NCBI GenBank assembly: GCA_964524985.1 | Contig: CAZGFL010000029.1 | Location: 11,283-75,282, forward strand | Source of the DNA: an uncultured Acidobacteriaceae bacterium | Lineage (GTDB): Bacteria; Acidobacteriota; Terriglobia; Acidiferrales; UBA7541 | DNA length: 64,000 bases | Direction of reading: 5' to 3' | In this document: piece after piece, positions 57,752 to 64,000 of the stretch | How positions within the stretch are numbered: position 1 is the stretch's first letter | Layout of the letters: each line of letters starts with the position of its first letter | Position numbers and translations under genes: made by a program | The notes under the pieces: generated by a model | Told to the model about the DNA's origin: nothing | Seen by the model: the letters and a program-made list of their open reading frames with translations, nothing else | Databases searched by the model: none

Positions 57752-58504
57752 TCATCTCCTTCCTTTACCTCCCTGAATCGCCTTCCTCAACCCGGCCACT
57801 TCTTTCTCTTGCAATATCCTGTACCTTCCCTCCGGCACTCCCTCGAGCGTCAAAGTCCCCAACCCCACGCGCTTCAGCTTCTCCACCGGATGCTGCTCGC
57901 GAAACAAGACATTCCGCAATTCATCCTTCTTCGTATCCCGCATCCGCACTTCATACCAATAATTGCCCCCGCCACCACCACGGCCCGGCCGCCTTCCCCG
58001 TGACGCTCCCGGCTGTTTCAGCGTGTTCATCTTCACGCCGACCTCTTCCCCGAGCCGCTCCAGCTCCTCCAGCCGCAAGATCCCTTTGATTTTGACCAGG
58101 TACACCTGCTCCAGTTCCGCCCAGCGCTTTAACATCTCCGCCGCCAGGTCCCCGTCGTTCGTCAAGAACACCAGTCCCGACGCCGCATATTCCAGATTCC
58201 CCACCGGGTACACGCGCTCCGCGAATCCGCGCAAGCAATTCTTCAGCGTCTTCCGCCCTTCGGGATCTGCCATCGCTGAAACAATTTCCGCCGGCTTGTG
58301 CAGCACCAGATACATCCGCCGCTCCGGCGCTTTCACCAGCCGCCCCGCCGCTTCAATCCGGTCCTGCGTTGCGTCGGCCTTCGTTCCCAGTTCCCGCACG
58401 ACTTGCCCGTTCACTCGCACCTGTCCGCTCAGGATCAATTGCTCCGCGTGCCTCCGCGAAGCAATCCCCGCCCGCGCAATAATCTTCTGCAATCTCTCCT
58501 GCAT
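57752..58504 (-). CDS. RluB paralogue with an S4 domain and degenerate catalytic motif
   Basis: MQERLQKII..ASRRHAE S4 domain; YPVGNLEY in place of YPVGRLDY. Confidence 0.85.
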   Translation of the reverse strand: MQERLQKIIARAGIASRRHAEQLILSGQVRVNGQVVRELGTKADATQDRIEAAGRLVKAPERRMYLVLHKPAEIVSAMADPEGRKTLKNCLRGFAERVYPVGNLEYAASGLVFLTNDGDLAAEMLKRWAELEQVYLVKIKGILRLEELERLGEEVGVKMNTLKQPGASRGRRPGRGGGGGNYWYEVRMRDTKKDELRNVLFREQHPVEKLKRVGLGTLTLEGVPEGRYRILQEKEVAGLRKAIQGGKGRR

Positions 58505-58537
58505 GTTCTGCGTGTTTGCCTATTTTGGGATTCTCTT

Positions 58538-58562
58538 GTAGAGGCCGGGCTTTAGCCCGGCC
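58538..58562 (+). repeat. GTAG-type REP
   Basis: gtag-a-ggccgggc-ttta-gcccggcc. Confidence 0.75.
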
Positions 58563-58809
58563 CACGCCGAAAGGCGTATTTCAACAGCCGAAATGACCCG
58601 TAGAACATCATGACGGCCACGAACCAAAAAACAGCGAGGAAGACAATGTCATGCCACTGAAGGGAAATCACAACGCCATATTTCTCCCTTGGCCAAATGT
58701 AGTGCTCTTGGTATAAGCCGAAGCTCTGAAAATATCCTTCCACAAGCGTTCCCATAAATACGAAACCACCGAGCAGGCCGGACATGAGGCGGCGATTGGA
58801 GGTTCGCAT
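58552..58809 (-). CDS. Small two-TM hypothetical membrane protein
   Basis: ATG start, two hydrophobic segments, lower GC than neighbours, co-oriented with the scp operon. Confidence 0.5.
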   Translation of the reverse strand: MRTSNRRLMSGLLGGFVFMGTLVEGYFQSFGLYQEHYIWPREKYGVVISLQWHDIVFLAVFWFVAVMMFYGSFRLLKYAFRRGPG

Positions 58810-58847
58810 CGTGAAATTCCGGGTCGGGCTTACCGCATTACTCGTCC

Positions 58848-59606
58848 TTATTCTCCCGCCGCCGCGCTCTTTGCCGAATCCTCATTCTCCGGCATACCCT
58901 CATTATTCGCCGCCGTCTCTTCCAGCAACTCTTCCCGCGTTTCCATTGCCTCGTGGTTTGTCGCTGCCGGGCTTGCCTGCCCCGAGCCGGCCGGGGCCCC
59001 ACCCGCTTCACCAATACTCGCCTCGTTTGTCAACCGCTCATCCGCCGGTGCGAACCCTTCATCGCTTCCCAGCGCCTCTCGCGCCAGCGCCTCAAACTCT
59101 TTCAAGCTCGGCAGCTCTTCCAAATCGCTCAGCCCGAACCGCATCAAAAATTCCTTCGACGTCTTGTACAAAATCGGCCGCCCGATCACTTCCTTGCGTC
59201 CCGCCGTTGTAATCAAGCGCTTGTCCAGCAGCGTACTGATCACGCCCGCCGTATTCACTCCGCGAATCTCAGAAATCTCCGGCGACGTTACCGGCTGCTT
59301 GTACGCGATCACCGCCAGCGTCTCCAGCGCCGGCATCGACAGACGCAGCGGCGGCCTTAGGCTCTTGATGAACCGCCGCACCACGTCGTGCTGCTGCGGC
59401 TTCGTGTACAGCTTGTATCCGCCGGCCACCGCGCGAATTTCGATCCCGCGCTCTTCCGCCGCGTAGCTCGCCACCAGTTCGTCCAGCGACGCCTGCACCG
59501 CCAGCTTTTCTTCGCCTAACGCCTTCGACAATTGCTCGATCGTCGCTGGCTCATCCGCCGCGTAAATAATCGCTTCCAGTGCCGCTCTTCTCTCTTCGTT
59601 GCTCAT
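58848..59606 (-). CDS. scpB: SMC-Scp complex subunit ScpB
   Basis: LEAIIYA, VAGGY, LETLAVIAYKQP, IRGV, GRPILY.T, FGL..L.ELP. Confidence 0.94.
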   Translation of the reverse strand: MSNEERRAALEAIIYAADEPATIEQLSKALGEEKLAVQASLDELVASYAAEERGIEIRAVAGGYKLYTKPQQHDVVRRFIKSLRPPLRLSMPALETLAVIAYKQPVTSPEISEIRGVNTAGVISTLLDKRLITTAGRKEVIGRPILYKTSKEFLMRFGLSDLEELPSLKEFEALAREALGSDEGFAPADERLTNEASIGEAGGAPAGSGQASPAATNHEAMETREELLEETAANNEGMPENEDSAKSAAAGE

Positions 59607-59750
59607 AGAAACCCCTGAGGTAAAGGAAATAAAGGACAGTAAGGAAGTAAAGGAGAACTGCAACCCGGCTTCGTACCACTATGATCTAAAGCCTTAGCGA
59701 CACGCCTCTTCATCCTTTACTTCATTTACTTCCTGTGCCTCCTTTACTTC

Positions 59751-60656
59751 CTATTTGTATTCCTCATCAATCGCCCTCAACTCTCCATTCGCATCGAATA
59801 CCACGTCAAACCCTCTGCCCTTCTTCACCACAATCTCCCCGAACATCTTCTCCTGCGCCAGCAGCACCGCCTGCAATTTCACCATTTCGAGCACCGCCAG
59901 GAACGCCACGATCATCGCGTGCCGCGACGGGCACGCCTCGAAAAACTGCACCAGGTTTACCGCGTTCTCCGCACTCGCGATAATCTGCGCCCGCAGCTGC
60001 GCAATCATCTGCGCCACGGTAAACTGCTCGTGCTTCAGTTCGATTCGAACCACTTCCTTGCGCCGCTCCAGCACCTGCTGGAACACGCGCACCAGGTCCA
60101 CCAGCGAAACGACCAGGTCCCCTTCTGTCCCCTCATCGTGGTACAGCGACTTGTCCGGCTTCGACCACACGTTCTCTTCAATCTGCTGCCTCTCGTACAG
60201 CAATTGAGCGGCGGATTTGAATTTTTCGTGTTCGACGAGGCGCAGGACGAGTTCGGCGCGGGGGTCGGCGGCTTGCTCTTCCGGGGAAGCCAGGGGGTCC
60301 GGAGGCAGGAGCATTTTGCTTTTGATGTAAATCAGCGTGGCGGCCATGTAAATAAATTCCGCGGAAACATCCACATCCAATTCTTCGAGCTTGTGCAGGT
60401 AATCCAAATATTGCGTGGTGATTTCCGAGATTCGAATGTCGTGGATGCTCATCTTCTGCTGTTTGATCAAATCGAGCAAAAGGTCGAGCGGCCCTTCGTA
60501 CATGGGGATCTGGATCTTGTACGGGGCGGCGGGCGCGGTTCTATCGATTGGCGTCTGCGAGCCCTGGTCAGCACTCGATGACGGAGCGTGTTCTGCGCAT
60601 GATTGCGCTTCTTGCTCCCCGCTCTTCCCTGTCAGCTTGCTTTCTGGTGTCGCCAT
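59751..60656 (-). CDS. scpA: Segregation and condensation protein ScpA
   Basis: YEGPLDLLL.LI, MAATLI.IKSKMLLP, FLAVLEMVK. Confidence 0.94.
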   Translation of the reverse strand: MATPESKLTGKSGEQEAQSCAEHAPSSSADQGSQTPIDRTAPAAPYKIQIPMYEGPLDLLLDLIKQQKMSIHDIRISEITTQYLDYLHKLEELDVDVSAEFIYMAATLIYIKSKMLLPPDPLASPEEQAADPRAELVLRLVEHEKFKSAAQLLYERQQIEENVWSKPDKSLYHDEGTEGDLVVSLVDLVRVFQQVLERRKEVVRIELKHEQFTVAQMIAQLRAQIIASAENAVNLVQFFEACPSRHAMIVAFLAVLEMVKLQAVLLAQEKMFGEIVVKKGRGFDVVFDANGELRAIDEEYK

Positions 60657-60669
60657 TCGTCCTCGTGAT

Positions 60670-62040
60670 TCACGCTTTTGCGGTTCCCGCGGTGCCGGAA
60701 ATTTCTTTGCGCTTCTTGTCCCAGCCGAAGACGGCTTCGCGGACGCGTTCCATGGTGCCCTGGGCGACCTTGCGCGCGCGCTTCGAGCCGTCGTCGAGAA
60801 TTTCCAGCACGCGCGCCGGATGCTTTTCGTACTCCACGCGGCGCTCGCGAATGGGCGTAATCCACTGAATCAAATGGTCGGCCATCTTGGCCTTGCACTC
60901 GATGCAGCCGATGCCCGCGGTGCGGCAACCGTGCGCGGCCCATTCCAATGTGGCTGGGGACGAAAACAGTTTATGCCAATCGTAGACGGGACACACGTCC
61001 GGATTTCCGGGGTCGGTGCGGCGCTTGCGAGCGGGGTCGGTCATCATCACTTTCGTCTTGGCGCGAATGTCCGCGTCGCTCTCGCTCAGCGTTATGGCGT
61101 TTCCATAACTCTTGGACATCTTGCGCCCATCGAGGCCTGGCACCCTCGGAGTCTTTGTCAGCATAGACTCCGGCTCGGTTAAGACATCGGTTCGTTTAAA
61201 GAACACAGAATCCTTCCCAGTGCGTTCGAGGAAATTCTCGATTCCCTCCTCAGTTGCCGTAGTGCGAATTCTGCCCAGCAGATAGGTCTTCATGTTTGCT
61301 TGAATTGGATAATCAAGCTTAGCGTCCGATCCAAGAAATACTTTTCCACGGAGACAGTTCAGTAGTGACCCCTCATACTTTTTCTCAAACAATTCGCTTT
61401 TCGCATCAAGGCCATAAAAGCCGTTGAGCCGCCGTACGATTTCGCGGCTGGCTTCGAGATGCGAAACCTGATCCTCGCCTGTGGGCACGATAAGCCGAGC
61501 ACCAGGTTCGCTGTACATGACAATGTCCGCGCACTGGAGGACGGGATAGCCGAGGAAGCCGTAATTGTGGAGATCCTTGTCCTTGACGTTTTCGAGGGCC
61601 TCTTTGTACGTGGGGACGCGTTCAAGCCAGCCGAGCGGCGTGACCATGGACAGCAGGAGATGCAGCTCGGCATGCTCGGGCACGAGCGATTGCAAGAAAA
61701 GGACGCTCTTGGACGGGTCGAGGCCGCCCGCCAGGTAATCGATCATGATTTGCAGAGTATTTTCGGCAATCGCGGAAGTGTCCGCGTAATCGCTGGTCAA
61801 CGAATGCCAATCGGCAATGAAGTAGAAGCAGTCGTAGGAAGAAAGTGGCGAGTGGCGAGTGGCGAGTGGCGAGCCAGAGGAAGATGCCGGACTAGTGCCC
61901 GGCGCTACATCCGGCAAGACGTCATTCTGCAGGCGCACCCAATTGGCCAGCGCGCCAAAGTAATTCCCGATGTGCATGCGCCCCGTTGGCCGCATGCCGC
62001 TCAAGACGCGTGCTCGTTTTACGCTGTCCCCTGTCGTCAA
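60670..62040 (-). CDS. trpS: Tryptophan-tRNA ligase with two in-frame insertions
   Basis: SGMRPTG, HIGN, IADWH, YPVLQCADI, GEDQ, KMSKS. Confidence 0.95.
   Translation of the reverse strand: MTTGDSVKRARVLSGMRPTGRMHIGNYFGALANWVRLQNDVLPDVAPGTSPASSSGSPLATRHSPLSSYDCFYFIADWHSLTSDYADTSAIAENTLQIMIDYLAGGLDPSKSVLFLQSLVPEHAELHLLLSMVTPLGWLERVPTYKEALENVKDKDLHNYGFLGYPVLQCADIVMYSEPGARLIVPTGEDQVSHLEASREIVRRLNGFYGLDAKSELFEKKYEGSLLNCLRGKVFLGSDAKLDYPIQANMKTYLLGRIRTTATEEGIENFLERTGKDSVFFKRTDVLTEPESMLTKTPRVPGLDGRKMSKSYGNAITLSESDADIRAKTKVMMTDPARKRRTDPGNPDVCPVYDWHKLFSSPATLEWAAHGCRTAGIGCIECKAKMADHLIQWITPIRERRVEYEKHPARVLEILDDGSKRARKVAQGTMERVREAVFGWDKKRKEISGTAGTAKA
61844..61908 (-). repeat. Heptamer array (CGCCACT)4 plus GTAG-type REP, in-frame in trpS
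   Basis: agtggcg x4 at 61844-61871; gccggactagtgcccggcgctac at 61886-61908. Confidence 0.8.
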
Positions 62041-62086
62041 TCCTCGCTCCTCTGTCCCGCGACAAGCAAAGCCACTACAAAACTAA

Positions 62087-62111
62087 GGGACGCGCTGAAG
62101 CGCGCCCCTAC
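62087..62111 (-). repeat. GTAG-type REP (inverted)
   Basis: gggacgcgctgaagcgcgcccctac. Confidence 0.85.
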
Positions 62112-62138
62112 AACTTCTGTTCCTGCTTGACGAATGCC

Positions 62139-62495
62139 TCATTTCGATCCGAGTCCCAAGGCCGTCGGGTGCTTCGGCTGATAGAGGCCAATCATTCCGC
62201 CGCCGGGCAGCTTCATCTTGGTAATCGAGCCCCAGCGCGCTTCTTCAACCTTTGAACACTTCACACCCTTCTTCGCGAGTGCAGCCATCTCCGATTTCAA
62301 GCTGTCGCACATGAAATAGAGTTCATGCGGACCGTTTTCATCGGCCGGGTGGAACGCGGCTTCTCCCGGCGGCAGAGCGAAAATTAGCCAACCGTGGCCC
62401 GCATCCACAGACTTGAACCCCAGAACGTCGCGGAAGAAGGCGCGACCCGCTTCCGCATCTTTACTGTACACAATGACGTGAGCGCCAGAGATCAT
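62139..62495 (-). CDS. VOC / extradiol dioxygenase-like protein
   Basis: GAHVIVYSKD, FFRDVLG, GWLIFALPP, WGS.T..KLPGGG.IGLYQP. Confidence 0.85.
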   Translation of the reverse strand: MISGAHVIVYSKDAEAGRAFFRDVLGFKSVDAGHGWLIFALPPGEAAFHPADENGPHELYFMCDSLKSEMAALAKKGVKCSKVEEARWGSITKMKLPGGGMIGLYQPKHPTALGLGSK

Positions 62496-62516
62496 CTGCC
62501 CTCCCTCAACGCCCTG

Positions 62517-63728
62517 CTATCTCGCGGCGACCTTTTGCTTGGCGCCTTCGCCCAGCAACTCGCGCGCGATGATCATGCGCTGCACTTCGCTGGTGCCCTC
62601 GTAAATGGTGATGACGCGCGCGTCGCGATACATGCGCTCGACGTCCGTCTCCCGCGAATAGCCCAGGCTGCCATGAACTTGAACGGCTTTGTAGACGACG
62701 CGGTTGACCATTTCGCTGGCGTAGAGCTTGGCCTTGGACGAAGCCGCGCCCAGCTTCGTGGGGTGCGCGTCCTTCAGCCACGCCGCGTAATGGGTCAGCC
62801 CGCGCGCCGCTTCGATTTCCGTCTGCATGTCGGCAAGCATCCACTGAATGGCTTGGAACTCGCCGATGGACTTGCCAAACGCCCTGCGCGCTTTCGCATA
62901 CTTGACGGTTTCTTCGAGCGCGCCCTGCGCGAGCCCGACGGCCTGCGCGGCAATCCCAATGCGCCCGCCGTCGAGCGCGCTAAGCGCGATTTTCAGCCCT
63001 TGGCCTTCTTCGCCGAGGCGGTTCTCGACCGGCACGATGCAGTCGTTCAACAGAATCTCGACCGAGGGCGAGCAGCGCTGGCCCATTTTGTCTTCGTGGC
63101 GGCCGACCTTGAAACCGGGAAAGCTCGGCTCGACCAGAAACGCGCTAATGCCCTTCCCGCCGGCTGCCGTATCGGTTTTCGCGAAAATGATCAGCACGCC
63201 CGCGGCGTTGCCATTGGTCACCCAGGTTTTCACACCGTTGAGGCGGTAGTAGCCGCCCGATGGGGAAAAAGCCGCAGGGCTATCGCCCTGCGCTACAGCG
63301 CGGACGGCGGTGGCCTGGATGCCGGCGGCGTCGGAGCCCGCAGCAGATTCGGTGAGGCAAAATGCGCCGAGGGTTTCGCCGGTGGCCATGCGGCGCAGAT
63401 ATTTCTTCTTTTGCGCTTCGTTCCCGAACATCAGTAGCGGCGCCTGCACTGCGGAATTGGTCACGCCCAGCGCCGTAGACATCGCGGTGTGCACGCGCGC
63501 CACTTCTTCAAGCATCAGCGCGTAGGAGACGGTGTCCAGCCCCGGGCCGCCCCATTCTTCGGGAGTGAGCATGCCGCAGCAGCCCATTTCGCCGAGTTTG
63601 CGAATGGCTTCTGCGGGGAATTTCTCCTGCTTCTCCCATTCCTTGACAAACGGGCGCACTTCCGCCTCCATGAATTGGCGGACAGTGTCGCGAATCAGTG
63701 TTTGGTGGTCGTTGAGCGAGAAATCCAT
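62517..63728 (-). CDS. Acyl-CoA dehydrogenase
   Basis: FCLTESAAGSD, GVKTWVTN, LDGGRIGIA, IYEGTSEVQR; ATG at 63728. Confidence 0.93.
   Translation of the reverse strand: MDFSLNDHQTLIRDTVRQFMEAEVRPFVKEWEKQEKFPAEAIRKLGEMGCCGMLTPEEWGGPGLDTVSYALMLEEVARVHTAMSTALGVTNSAVQAPLLMFGNEAQKKKYLRRMATGETLGAFCLTESAAGSDAAGIQATAVRAVAQGDSPAAFSPSGGYYRLNGVKTWVTNGNAAGVLIIFAKTDTAAGGKGISAFLVEPSFPGFKVGRHEDKMGQRCSPSVEILLNDCIVPVENRLGEEGQGLKIALSALDGGRIGIAAQAVGLAQGALEETVKYAKARRAFGKSIGEFQAIQWMLADMQTEIEAARGLTHYAAWLKDAHPTKLGAASSKAKLYASEMVNRVVYKAVQVHGSLGYSRETDVERMYRDARVITIYEGTSEVQRMIIARELLGEGAKQKVAAR
63273..63296 (-). repeat. GTAG-type REP, in-frame in the acyl-CoA dehydrogenase gene
   Basis: Minus strand gtag-cgcaggg-cgatag-ccctgcg. 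Confidence 0.75.
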
Positions 63729-64000
63729 CGTTTGCGATGTACGCGGGGTACGAAGAATGCTAACACACGCCAGCCGGGAAGCAGAAGGACACGGTATTTG
63801 AGCAAGCCGAAAGACCACATCTAACAGTAGAAAGAAAAGACAAAGAGCTAACACAGAGGTCACAGAGGTAGGAGCACAGAGTTCACGGAGAGGTTAAAGA
63901 GTTGAAGGTTCAAGAGTCGAAAAACCGGGGACTCTCCGACTTGCACAGTGCGAGAACATCTGCTTCCTGCGAAACGATCTATAGCAATCGCTCGAAGTAT

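Noticed and set aside
63729-63863. Hydrophobic N-terminal extension on the acyl-CoA dehydrogenase
   Set aside because: It begins within a CTCTGTG repeat; the family-typical start is MDFSL at 63728.
1-64000. tRNA, rRNA, RAYT transposase, reverse transcriptase or cas genes
   Set aside because: None were recognised by eye; any enzyme serving the GTAG/GGAG repeats must lie outside this window or be lost.

Overview
A GC-rich (about 60%) bacterial chromosomal window, most likely Acidobacteriota. That assignment is inferred from the fused LptF-LptG, the kinase-associated-type TPR protein, DUF1844 and the gene repertoire. It holds about 57 CDS, mostly housekeeping: aroF, ppdK, recO-glyQ-glyS, mazG, ribF, uppS-cdsA-dxr-rseP, mutS, anmK, tsaC, rarA, hisC, trpS-scpA-scpB-rluB. 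I found no rRNA, tRNA, CRISPR array or intact transposase. The unusual signals are: (1) several families of short REP-like palindromes and 7-9 bp tandem repeats that nest inside each other and sit in-frame inside at least six protein genes; (2) a GIY-YIG nuclease gene with a 1-nt frameshift, bracketed by an inverted pair of TGTCAT palindromes, a possible REP-associated nuclease unit; (3) an accessory islet encoding a zinc-finger / sigma70-region-4-like HTH / degenerate PD-(D/E)XK protein next to MazEF; (4) a PhnP-like hydrolase fused to RibF; (5) a divergent M-box-like leader with a terminator ahead of a Mg2+ transport operon; (6) an RluB paralogue lacking the catalytic Asp; (7) AT-rich in-frame patches in trpS and a VOC gene; (8) a roughly 10-kb C-rich skew domain that is independent of gene orientation. 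All calls come from motif recognition by eye; no searches were run.
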